NCBI GenBank assembly: GCA_041658765.1
Contig: JBAZZO010000013.1
Span: 4,742-68,741, forward strand
Direction: 5' to 3'
DNA: 64,000 nt
DNA from: Coriobacteriia bacterium
GTDB taxonomy: Bacteria; Actinomycetota; Coriobacteriia; Anaerosomatales; JBAZZO01
Under the pieces are notes generated by a model that did no database searches, had not been told where the DNA came from, and saw only the letters and a list, made by a program, of their open reading frames with translations. Below are positions 54,494 to 64,000 of the stretch, piece by piece (the first letter of the stretch is position 1; each line of letters begins with the position of its first letter). The position numbers and the translations under genes are program-made.

Positions 54494-56266
54494 TCAGAGA
54501 CCCATCGACGCGGCGGTCTCGGGGACGAAATCGAAGACGGTGTCGAGCTCGGCGTCCGGGACCTCGAAGACGACATCGTGCGGCGGCAGGGGGTCGGTGA
54601 GGAAGAAGCTCGGCAGACGGTCGTCGGCCGCGGTGAACCCCGCATTCGCGTTGAAGAACCGCTCGTACGTGAGGACCTCCTTGCCGAGCGTCATCAGTTC
54701 GTCCGCGCCCCACACCTCGCCGAGGTGCGCCGAGACCATCTCGTGGATGGCCGCGAACGCCTCGGGGATGTCGAGGACGGGGAAGGCGACGAAGATGCAC
54801 AATCCCAGCGCGTCGAGCATCGCGGTGGCGATCTGCAGGTTCCTGGAGAGCTCGATCTGCCCGGCAGGCTTGAGAGGATCGACGAAGCCGCCGACCTTGA
54901 GGATGTTCGCCGTGACCGCATAACCCGCCGTGTGGTCCGCACCCATCGTAGAGGTCGCGTACGTCACGCCGATCCCCATGACCGAGCGCGGATCGTACGC
55001 GGGCAGCGCCTGATGCTTGACGACCGGGATGCGCGCGACGCCGAACGCCTTGCCGGTCGCCTCCGCGCCGTGGCCGAGTATCGGCCCGGGCTTCCCGCCG
55101 CCGAAGACGCTGCGCAGCGCCGCGAGCGCGGCCTTGCCGTCGCCGAACGGGATCGCCCCGGAGTCCATGTAGACGGCCATCGTCGCGCCGGTCTCGATGG
55201 TGTCGAGACCGAGGTCGCCGCACAGCCGGTCGAGCTCGGCGATGTCGTCCAGGTCGGATATGCCGCAGTCTGCGCCGAACGACCAGACGGTCTCGTACTC
55301 CGGCCCCTTGGTCTTGTACTTGCCGTCCTTGTCGACCCAGTAGCGGGAGCATTGGATGACGCAACCGCTGTGGCAGCCGTGCTGGACGTCACCGCCGCGC
55401 TCGAGGATGATCTCGCGCTGCCGCTCGCCGGAGGTGGCCTCCGCGCCCTCGAACGTGCCGCTCGAGAAGTTGCGCGTCGGCAGGCCGCCGGCCTCGGACA
55501 GGATGTTGGTGAGCACGTTCGTGCCGTACATCGGGAGAGCGGTGCCGGAGACGGCGTGCTCCTTGAGCGCCGCGGCGAACCGTTTGACGGCCGCATTGAA
55601 CGCGTCCTTGTCGGCGTGAGCGAGGTTCGGCAGGCCCTTGTCGGACACGACGATCGCCTTGAGTCCCTTGCTCCCCATGACGGAGCCGAGACCCCCGCGG
55701 CCGGCGAAGCGGTTCGGGTAGCCCTTCATGTCGGAGACCGCGATGCCGGCGGCCTTCATCCCGGCCTCGCCCGCCGGGCCGATCGTGATGGTGGCGTAGC
55801 GGTCGTCGGCCGGGCGCTTCGCCTTGATGGCGTCGGCGACCTCGTAGTTGCCTTTCTCCGCCCATTCATCGACGCGCTCGAACCTCACCGAGCCGTCGGC
55901 TTCCATGATCATCATGTAGCGCGCGTTCGCGTCGGTGGGCTTGCCGCTGACCACTACCGCGGCGATCCCGAGACGACCCAGCGCATTGGCGGCCTGACCG
56001 CCCGAGTTCGACTCCTTGATGCCGCCCGTGAGCGGGCTCTTCGCCCCGAAGGAGAGCCGTCCGCCGTTGGGCGCGGTGGTGCCTCCGAACAGCCCGGGGG
56101 CGATCACGAGCACGTTCTCGGCGCCGAGCGGGTCGGCTTTCGGCGGCACTTTCTCCCAGACGAGCGCGCTCGTCAGAGCCCTGCCCCCATAGTGGGCCCA
56201 CTTCGCGGGGACCGGCTCCTTGACCGCGGTGGGGCCGGACATGTCCACGTACAGGATCTCTCTCAT
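54494..56266 (-). CDS. aor: Aldehyde:ferredoxin oxidoreductase family (tungstopterin enzyme)
   Basis: ILYVDMSG...YGGRALTSAL...SPLTGGIKESNSGG...GADHTAGY...ALGLCIF are aldehyde:ferredoxin oxidoreductase N- and C-domain signatures. 590 aa. Confidence 0.9.
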   Translation of the reverse strand: MREILYVDMSGPTAVKEPVPAKWAHYGGRALTSALVWEKVPPKADPLGAENVLVIAPGLFGGTTAPNGGRLSFGAKSPLTGGIKESNSGGQAANALGRLGIAAVVVSGKPTDANARYMMIMEADGSVRFERVDEWAEKGNYEVADAIKAKRPADDRYATITIGPAGEAGMKAAGIAVSDMKGYPNRFAGRGGLGSVMGSKGLKAIVVSDKGLPNLAHADKDAFNAAVKRFAAALKEHAVSGTALPMYGTNVLTNILSEAGGLPTRNFSSGTFEGAEATSGERQREIILERGGDVQHGCHSGCVIQCSRYWVDKDGKYKTKGPEYETVWSFGADCGISDLDDIAELDRLCGDLGLDTIETGATMAVYMDSGAIPFGDGKAALAALRSVFGGGKPGPILGHGAEATGKAFGVARIPVVKHQALPAYDPRSVMGIGVTYATSTMGADHTAGYAVTANILKVGGFVDPLKPAGQIELSRNLQIATAMLDALGLCIFVAFPVLDIPEAFAAIHEMVSAHLGEVWGADELMTLGKEVLTYERFFNANAGFTAADDRLPSFFLTDPLPPHDVVFEVPDAELDTVFDFVPETAASMGL

Positions 56267-56338
56267 CGAGACCTCCGATCCGTCGTGCGCGAGCGGTGCA
56301 TAGGGTCACGCACATATATCCCCGCCCGGGCACAGAAG

Positions 56339-57100
56339 TCACCGCGCCGCGTTCGCCACGATCGCGTCGCGGACGTAACGCGCCATGCCGGGGCGGATCT
56401 TCTCGTAGTTCGCCGTGAACCGGGGGTCGGCGACGTACATCTCGCCGAGCGCGACGTGCATCTCGCGCGAGCACGGGTAGAACCACTTGTCGATCTGGAG
56501 ACGATGGCGGTCCACGGCGTCCATCGCGCGAGGGTCGCCGGCCGGCACGCCCTCGTCCATGAGCGCGGCGATGGCCGAGCCTATCTCCTCGCTCTCGTCC
56601 TTGAAGCGCTGCCAGTCGGCCTTGGTGTAGCGGGCGGTGCGGCGCGCCGACTCCTTGTACGCGTCGGTATCGCCCCAGCGCTGCCGCACCTCGTCCTCGT
56701 ACTGCGTGGGGTCGAAGTCCTCGAAGACCTCGAACATCTCTTCCTTGCTCATCGTCGTCCCTTCTTCCATGGCGTGAAGCGTCCTGTCGATGAGGCCGAG
56801 CATCGCCTCGAACCTGATGGCCTGCCCGGCGATGAGGTCGCGCTGGACGAGCAGCGCCTCCCGGCGGTCGAACGCGGGGTCGGCCATAAGGCCGCGGATC
56901 TCGTCGAGGCCGAACCCCAGCTCCTTGTAGAAGAGCACCTGCTGGAGCCGCTCGAGGTCTGCCTCGGTGTAGAGCCGGTAGCCCGCCTCCGAGCGATGCG
57001 AGGGCGTCAGCAGACCCGCCTCGTCGTAGTGGTGCAGCGTCCGAACGCTCACGTGCGCGAGCTTGGCCACTTCGCCGACTCTGTACGCCATCGCGTCCAC
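56339..57100 (-). CDS. MerR-family regulator with TipAS-like C-terminal domain
   Basis: YRVGEVAKLAHVSVRTLHHYDEAGLL (MerR HTH) and a C-terminal TipAS-like antibiotic-recognition region. The start could be ATG 57091. Confidence 0.85.
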   Translation of the reverse strand: MDAMAYRVGEVAKLAHVSVRTLHHYDEAGLLTPSHRSEAGYRLYTEADLERLQQVLFYKELGFGLDEIRGLMADPAFDRREALLVQRDLIAGQAIRFEAMLGLIDRTLHAMEEGTTMSKEEMFEVFEDFDPTQYEDEVRQRWGDTDAYKESARRTARYTKADWQRFKDESEEIGSAIAALMDEGVPAGDPRAMDAVDRHRLQIDKWFYPCSREMHVALGEMYVADPRFTANYEKIRPGMARYVRDAIVANAAR

Positions 57101-57121
57101 CTCCGTGCGACAGCGTAGACC

Positions 57122-57136
57122 CTCACGTTACGTGAG
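57122..57136. promoter_or_regulatory. Perfect 7-1-7 palindrome CTCACGT-T-ACGTGAG; candidate MerR/TipA operator in divergent promoter
   Basis: Read directly. It lies 22 bp upstream of the merR-like start and 50 bp upstream of the DinB-family gene. Confidence 0.55.
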
Positions 57137-57186
57137 AGTCAAGCGGATGGCGCAAGAGCGCTATCATCATCTCGACGCCCCGACGC

Positions 57187-57684
57187 GTGAAGGAGCCCGA
57201 CATGACCGACGCCGCCCTCTCCCCGGCCGAACTCGTGGCCGCCTACCGTCGAGGACCCGAGATCCTGCGCTCGGCGATAGCCGGGCTCGACGTCGCGGCG
57301 CTGCATGCCCGGCCGATCGCCGGCAAGATGAGCTCGCAGGAGGTCGTCGCCCATATCGTGGACTCCGACCAGTTCATGGCCGACCGCCTCAAGCGGACGA
57401 TCGCCACGGACCGGCCCCTGCTGATGGGGGTGGAGTCGGCCGCATACATCGGGCCGCTGCGCTATCACGACCGCGACCTCGAGCTCGACCTGCGCCTGCT
57501 CGAAGTCACACGCGAGCAGATGGCGGCCGACCTCGACCGCCTGCCCGCCGAGGCGTGGAGCCGCACGGCGGTCCACTCCGAGAACGGGACGCAGTCGCTA
57601 CGCGAGATCCTCCACCACGCGGTCGAGCACCTCGAGGACCACGTCGAGGCCATCCTCGAGAAGCGCCGCGCCCTGGTGCACTAG
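57187..57684 (+). CDS. DinB-family (DinB_2) metal-dependent protein
   Basis: Four-helix-bundle pattern with conserved His residues (VVAHIVDSDQF...HHAVEHLEDH). Confidence 0.7.
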   Translation: MKEPDMTDAALSPAELVAAYRRGPEILRSAIAGLDVAALHARPIAGKMSSQEVVAHIVDSDQFMADRLKRTIATDRPLLMGVESAAYIGPLRYHDRDLELDLRLLEVTREQMAADLDRLPAEAWSRTAVHSENGTQSLREILHHAVEHLEDHVEAILEKRRALVH

Positions 57685-57959
57685 TCGCGCTTGGTGACCT
57701 CGATGAGGTGGTAGCCGAACCGCGTCTTCACCGGTCCGTGCACGACGCCGACCGCTTCGTTGAAGCACACGTCGTTGAACTCGGCCACCATCTGGCCCGG
57801 GCCGAACTCGCCGAGGTCTCCGCCGTTGCGTCCCGAAGGACATGTGGAGTGCTGCGCGGCGAGCTCGGCGAAGTCGGCGCCTCCAGCGATCTGGTTCTTC
57901 AGGTCGATGGCCTGCTCCTCGGATGCGACGAGGATGTGGCGAGCGCTTGCGGTCGTCAT
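57681..57959 (-). CDS. Parvulin-type peptidyl-prolyl cis-trans isomerase (PpiC)
   Basis: ARHILV...ADFAELAAQHSTCPSG..GGDLGEFGPGQMV.EF...GPVKTRFGYHLIEV. ATG 57959. Confidence 0.85.
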   Translation of the reverse strand: MTTASARHILVASEEQAIDLKNQIAGGADFAELAAQHSTCPSGRNGGDLGEFGPGQMVAEFNDVCFNEAVGVVHGPVKTRFGYHLIEVTKRD

Positions 57960-58128
57960 GTGTGTCTCCCGTCTCGATCTTGTGACGTGGTGATGATGCG
58001 CGAAAGTCGGCATTCGCGCCACTCGGGGGAATCACGCGACCGCTCGCGGTCTGCCTATCGGCAGGATGATGCTCTTCGCTGCATAATCCGGACAGGGGCA
58101 TCGCATCCGGCAGCGTGGAGGAAGACCC

Positions 58129-60033
<1,905 letters not shown>

Positions 60034-60049
60034 GGATTCCCTGGAGAGG

Positions 60050-60595
60050 ATGCCGACCATGCGCACAGAGATCGTGTTCACCCTGACCGGTCCCGACCGG
60101 GTCGGCATCGTCGAGGAAGTCACGCGCGTGATGCTCGCGCTCGACGCGAACGTCGAGACCAGCCGCATGGCGCGCCTCGGCGGCGAGTTCGCGATCCTCA
60201 TGCTCGCCTCGCTGCCCGAGGACGCAGTCACCCGCGTCGACGGGGCGTTCGCCTCGCTGGTCTCGCGAGGCTACAAGGTGACGACCAACCGGACCGAGGC
60301 GGGTGACGCCGGCGACGCTGCCGGGCGACTCAGATACCGCATCGTCGTGGAAGGCGCCGACCATGAGGGCATCATCCACGAGATCGCGGCAGGGCTGTCG
60401 GCTCGCGGAGTCAACATCGAGTCGATGGAGACCGCGATCAGCGAGGCGCCGGTGAGCGGCACGCCGCTGTTCTTCATGACCGCGATCGTGGCCGTCCCGC
60501 CGGACCTCGCGGAGACGGACTGGATCGAGGCGGTCACGGAAGCCGGCGAGCAGGCGAACGTCGACGTCGAGGTGACGGTCGCCGAGAGGGCGTGA
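60050..60595 (+). CDS. Tandem ACT-domain protein (GcvR-like)
   Basis: Two ACT-like repeats (IVFTLTGPDRVGIVEEVTRVM... and IVVEGADHEGIIHEIAAGL...). Confidence 0.7.
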   Translation: MPTMRTEIVFTLTGPDRVGIVEEVTRVMLALDANVETSRMARLGGEFAILMLASLPEDAVTRVDGAFASLVSRGYKVTTNRTEAGDAGDAAGRLRYRIVVEGADHEGIIHEIAAGLSARGVNIESMETAISEAPVSGTPLFFMTAIVAVPPDLAETDWIEAVTEAGEQANVDVEVTVAERA

Positions 60596-60596
60596 C

Positions 60597-61616
60597 TCAC
60601 GCCCCGTTCGCTCGCGCCACGATGCGCTCCAGCCCCGTGCGCACCTCGTCCACCACGTACTGCGCCGCCCTCACCTCCCCGGAGTCGAGCCCGAGCAGCG
60701 CCACCTGTTCCGGCCCCTTCTCGGTGCACAGGATCAGCCCGATGGGCGCCGAGTCACCCGGATGCCGCTGATGGTGGTCGAGCCAGCGCAGGTAGAGCAT
60801 CATCTGCCCGTAGTCACCCGGTTCGAGCGGGCGTGTCTTGAGCTCGAGGGCGACGTAGCACCGCATCGTGATGTGGTAGAGGAGCAGATCGAGCCGGTAG
60901 TCGTGCCCGTCGACGGTCATGCGCTTCTGCCGCTCCACGAACGCGAAGCCGACACCGAGTTCGAGCAGGAAACGCTGCATCTCGTCGAGGATCGCGCGTT
61001 CGAGGTCGGCTTCGCCGTGTTCCGGTGCCAGACCGAGGAAATCGAGCACGTACGGGTCTCGGAAGGCGAGGGCCGGCTCGACGGTGCCGGTGGTGGCGAG
61101 CGCGGCGAGATCGGCTTCGATCCCGTCGGCGGAGCCTCGCGCGGCGATGGTGCGCTCGTAGAGCTTGCCGACGATCTTTGCCCGCAGGGTGCGCTTCGAC
61201 CAGCGCTCGTGTGTGCAGAACGCGAGGTAGAAGTCGCGTTTCCGCTGGTCGGGGATTGTGAGGAGCTCGGTGATGTTCGTCCATGTCAATTTGCGCGCCA
61301 GTGGCGCGCATTTCTCGCGATCAGGTAGCCACTCCGCGAAGTGGATCATCCGCTCGATGTTCCGCCGACTCCAACCGCGTCCGTAGCGCTCGGTGAGCCT
61401 CGCGGCGAGTCGCCTGATGACTTGCTGCCCGTACGCAGCGCGCTCTCCGCCCAGGACGTCCTCGCGTACGCGCTTGCCGATGCTCCAGTAGAGCATGACG
61501 AGCTCGCTGTTGACCGACGCCGCGACCCGCTGGCGCGCACTGTCGATCAGGTCCGCGACATCGCCGAAGAGAGCGTCGTCCACGGGCGTCAGCGCTCTCA
61601 GGTCATCGTCGTCCAT
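60597..61616 (-). CDS. DUF1016 / YhcG-family PDDEXK nuclease-domain protein
   Basis: N-terminal LVMLYWSIGKRV...WTNITELL. C-terminal DLLLYHITMRCYVALELK is a PD-(D/E)xK-like core. Confidence 0.8.
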   Translation of the reverse strand: MDDDDLRALTPVDDALFGDVADLIDSARQRVAASVNSELVMLYWSIGKRVREDVLGGERAAYGQQVIRRLAARLTERYGRGWSRRNIERMIHFAEWLPDREKCAPLARKLTWTNITELLTIPDQRKRDFYLAFCTHERWSKRTLRAKIVGKLYERTIAARGSADGIEADLAALATTGTVEPALAFRDPYVLDFLGLAPEHGEADLERAILDEMQRFLLELGVGFAFVERQKRMTVDGHDYRLDLLLYHITMRCYVALELKTRPLEPGDYGQMMLYLRWLDHHQRHPGDSAPIGLILCTEKGPEQVALLGLDSGEVRAAQYVVDEVRTGLERIVARANGA

Positions 61617-61870
61617 CCGGTTGTCGCCTCTCGCGCGGGGGCACACGCCGATCCGCGTGTGCCACACGAGACTACGAGGGCGGCCTTACCGGAATCTGAG
61701 CGGAGCCCAAACGGCGGCGGCGCATGAGGAGAGACAAGGGCGTATGCACCGCAAGTGGCTTGCGAACTCATGTCGGTCGACGCGGTCGGTCCCCCTACCA
61801 CCGCGGACCGACCGAGGGGATGGCATCCCCGGGCGACCATGTGCCCACTACGACAACTAAGTGGCTCCGG

Positions 61871-61903
61871 CTCGATTGTCCTGGCGATGTCTGGACAATC
61901 GAG
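61871..61903. repeat. Perfect 11-bp-stem inverted repeat (ctcgattgtcc N11 ggacaatcgag) at the truncation point of the duplicated yhcG copy
   Basis: Read directly. It ends 1 nt from where similarity between the two YhcG copies stops (61904). Confidence 0.6.
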
Positions 61904-62281
61904 CTGATCGGAGATGGTGAGGAGTTCCGTGATGTTGGTCCAGGTCAATTGTTGCGCCAGTGGCGCAACAATCTGCCCTTCGGGGTACATGTCCGCGAAC
62001 TTCATCATCCGGGTCAGGGCGGAGTAGGAATACCCGCGACCGTAGCTGACGGTCAGTCGAGCCGCCAGGCGTTTCACCGTATCCTGCCCGTACGCAGCGC
62101 GCTCTCCGCCCAGGACGTCCTCGCGTACGCGCTTGCCGATGCTCCAATAGAGCATCACGAGCTCGCTGTTGACCGACGCCGCGACCCGCTGGCGCGCACT
62201 GTCGATCAGGCTGGCGACATCGCCGAAGAGGGCGTCGTCCATGGGCGTCAGCGAGCCAAGATCGTTCCGCTCCGAATCCAT
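61904..62281 (-). pseudogene. Truncated tandem paralogue of the YhcG/DUF1016 gene (N-terminal ~126 codons only)
   Basis: MDSERNDLGSLTPMDDALFGDVASLIDSARQRVAASVNSELVMLYWSIGKRVREDVLGGERAAYGQ... parallels the full copy up to LLTISDQ and then diverges. DNA 62084-62253 versus 61425-61594 shows about 7 mismatches by eye. Confidence 0.7.
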
Positions 62282-62417
62282 GCAGGCGCCTCCGTGACGA
62301 TGCTCGCATGACGCTCTTGCCGGGTTCTAACCCGAGTCTGCACGCGGCATATATCGCGCTGTGTGAGCAGCTGCGCGGCACCCGCACGTCGACCTTCACG
62401 CGTTCGAGGTCCAGCGA

Positions 62418-63197
62418 TCACATCCGCGGCGGATAGAAGACACCGATGGCGCTGAATTGTGCGTGGCGAAGGTAGTGCGTGCCGACGAAGAGACAGACAT
62501 CGTGGCTAGGGGTGCCGAGCCGCACGTTGTACTGGTTCTCGACATCCGCCGCTGCCGCATCCGGGTCGCCCTTCTTCGCCAACTGGCCGCGATAGAGCGC
62601 ATATGCCTCCCAGTCGAACAGCTGGTACGTATGGCCCCCGCACCCGTCGCTGCATCGAAACGTGTACATGAACCTCCACGGCACGCGCTCGAGCGGACGC
62701 TTGCTCCGGCCGAACAACTGCTGCCGCTCGACGACCTGGCGCTGCCCCTCGTCCCACTCGCCGGGGTCTGGAACCGCCTTCAGAATCGCCGGTCCGTGGA
62801 CTCTCACGACTCCCAGGGAGCACTCGTGAGCTTCTGCTTTCGGTCGAAGCTCTTCGATCGTCGTGACGAGCGGCAAGGTCAGATCCTTGCGCTCCTTCCA
62901 ATCGGGAGGCTTTCCGCAGCCGGTGCCGACGTGATCCACGACCGTGTAGCTGTCGCCGACCGGCGTCCAGGTGTCTCCCCTAGGATCCGACCCTTTGTGC
63001 TTGACCTCTATCTCGATGACGTCCCACTTCTTGAACTGGTCGATGAAGGGCAAGTCCCGAAACCTGACTGGATAGAGCCTGATCAGTCGACCCGTCGCCA
63101 AGTCGATGCCGGCGGTACACACGGTCTCGTCATACTTGGCACTGGGATTCGGATACGTCTTGACGGTGACGAGAATCCGCTTCAGTTCAGCAAGCAT
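62418..63197 (-). CDS. Conserved-looking hypothetical protein (259 aa) coupled to DUF488
   Basis: MLAELKRILVTVKTYPNPSAKYDETVCTAGIDL...FRCSDGCGGHTYQLFDWE. No family recognised. The start overlaps the DUF488 stop by 11 nt. Confidence 0.5.
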   Translation of the reverse strand: MLAELKRILVTVKTYPNPSAKYDETVCTAGIDLATGRLIRLYPVRFRDLPFIDQFKKWDVIEIEVKHKGSDPRGDTWTPVGDSYTVVDHVGTGCGKPPDWKERKDLTLPLVTTIEELRPKAEAHECSLGVVRVHGPAILKAVPDPGEWDEGQRQVVERQQLFGRSKRPLERVPWRFMYTFRCSDGCGGHTYQLFDWEAYALYRGQLAKKGDPDAAAADVENQYNVRLGTPSHDVCLFVGTHYLRHAQFSAIGVFYPPRM

Positions 63198-63636
63198 GGC
63201 GAAGGTGCTCCACTCGGATCGCCCCTTCGCTCAGTCGAGATACCCGCTCGGCCACGAGACTCCGATGGCAGCACGAAGGATCCTCTTCGAAGCAGACCAG
63301 ACACGCTGAGCGCTGCGAAGCGATGACAGCCAGCTCGCCCAGAGCCTCGCCGCGTCCGTCAAGGAGACACTCGAACGACACCGAGAACTCCGCGAACGTC
63401 ATGCCGGACTTGAGCGCTTCCCGCAGATGCTTCGGGTTGCCGAGAGAGCGGATGTGGACATAGTCCACGCCGCGCGCCGCCAGCGATTCGCGCAGCGCGG
63501 TCTTCGAGAAACCCTTGCGGCGACTCAGCGGCATGTCGCGAACGTCGATGACGACCTCGACACGTGAAGCGCAGAGCGCGTCCAGCCAGTCGCCGGGCTG
63601 AAATCCCTGGTATCCGATGGTACGCAGCGGGGTCAC
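63187..63636 (-). CDS. DUF488 family protein
   Basis: LRTIGYQGF...VVIDVRDMPLSRRKGFSK...LGNPK...ACLVCFEEDPSCCHRSLVA matches DUF488. GTG 63636 preceded by AGGGAGG. Confidence 0.75.
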   Translation of the reverse strand: MTPLRTIGYQGFQPGDWLDALCASRVEVVIDVRDMPLSRRKGFSKTALRESLAARGVDYVHIRSLGNPKHLREALKSGMTFAEFSVSFECLLDGRGEALGELAVIASQRSACLVCFEEDPSCCHRSLVAERVSRLSEGAIRVEHLRHAC

Positions 63637-63727
63637 GATCGCACCTCCCTCGGCGGCGGTCCCATCGTAGTGGATGCGCCCTACCGGAATCTTACTCGAT
63701 TCGACCACATCAGCGCCTCGGCTGCCG

Positions 63728-64000
63728 TCAAGACTGGGGCAAATCCTTCTCTCCGTGGGGCACGACCCTCGCATCATCTTGAAGCGCGGACAAGACGCGC
63801 ATGAATCGTCCTTGGACGTTCGAGACCGCCTTCCGCAGTTCCGACTGAAGAATCCAGCCGTCCTCAACCTGAAAGGCGAATTGGTTCTCTAGCACATACT
63901 GCCGGTGAGGAATCTCCTTCCTGTGCTTCAGCGTGTTCGCCATCGCCTCGAACATCAGCCAGTCTGGATCCGCCTGGAGGGCATCGACTGCAGCAACGAC
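63728..64000 (-). CDS. Hypothetical protein, 5'-truncated by window edge
   Basis: The frame is open from the window end: ...VVAAVDALQADPDWLMFEAMANTLKHRKEIPHRQYVLENQFAFQVEDGW... It is visibly less GC-rich than the rest of the window. Confidence 0.35.
   Translation of the reverse strand, partial: VVAAVDALQADPDWLMFEAMANTLKHRKEIPHRQYVLENQFAFQVEDGWILQSELRKAVSNVQGRFMRVLSALQDDARVVPHGEKDLPQS

Noticed and set aside
54209-57118. 969-aa plus-strand ORF
   Set aside because: Antisense to the MoaD-like gene, the aldehyde:ferredoxin oxidoreductase gene and the MerR-family gene, all of which have strong family signatures. The translation is Arg/Asp/Gly/Val-rich low complexity.

Overview
GC-rich, very gene-dense window. 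Most genes are on the minus strand and many have 1-11 nt start/stop overlaps. It reads as chromosome of an anaerobic monoderm, probably a high-GC Actinomycetota lineage. That is an inference from the sortase with an LPNTA substrate, a tungsten-type aldehyde:ferredoxin oxidoreductase, a ferredoxin and the codon bias.

Backbone: a purine operon in the Bacillus order purC-S-Q-L-F-M-N-H (43028 down to 19644, minus strand). It is interrupted by a complete kdp locus with a split KdpD (32567-40714), a 7-repeat surface protein ATGA-coupled to purF, two small membrane proteins, and a three-gene block before purH.

Accessory content:
- five tRNA genes (Phe, Asp, Val, Glu, Lys), all with encoded CCA
- four toxin-antitoxin modules lying next to tRNAs (HEPN/MNT, AbrB/PIN, VapBC, AbiEi/AbiEii)
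- a sortase with a DUF3494 LPNTA substrate
- five otherwise unrelated secreted proteins that share one C-terminal module
- an aldehyde:ferredoxin oxidoreductase-MoaD-ThiF cluster convergent with a CysM-like gene and an atypical ubiquitin-like gene
- a duplicated and truncated DUF1016 nuclease next to a DUF488 cassette

The most unusual locus is at 46.8-52.4 kb. A membrane-anchored cytochrome c with 22 C-Xn-CH sites (13 CXXCH plus 9 Gly-rich CX4-10CH) lies divergent from a haem-c/HAMP-only sensor and a secreted 9-haem cytochrome that carries the shared surface module. This is a candidate extracellular electron-transfer conduit.

No rRNA, CRISPR array, transposase or integrase was seen. Many long ORFs in the six-frame track are antisense or out-of-frame artefacts of the GC content.
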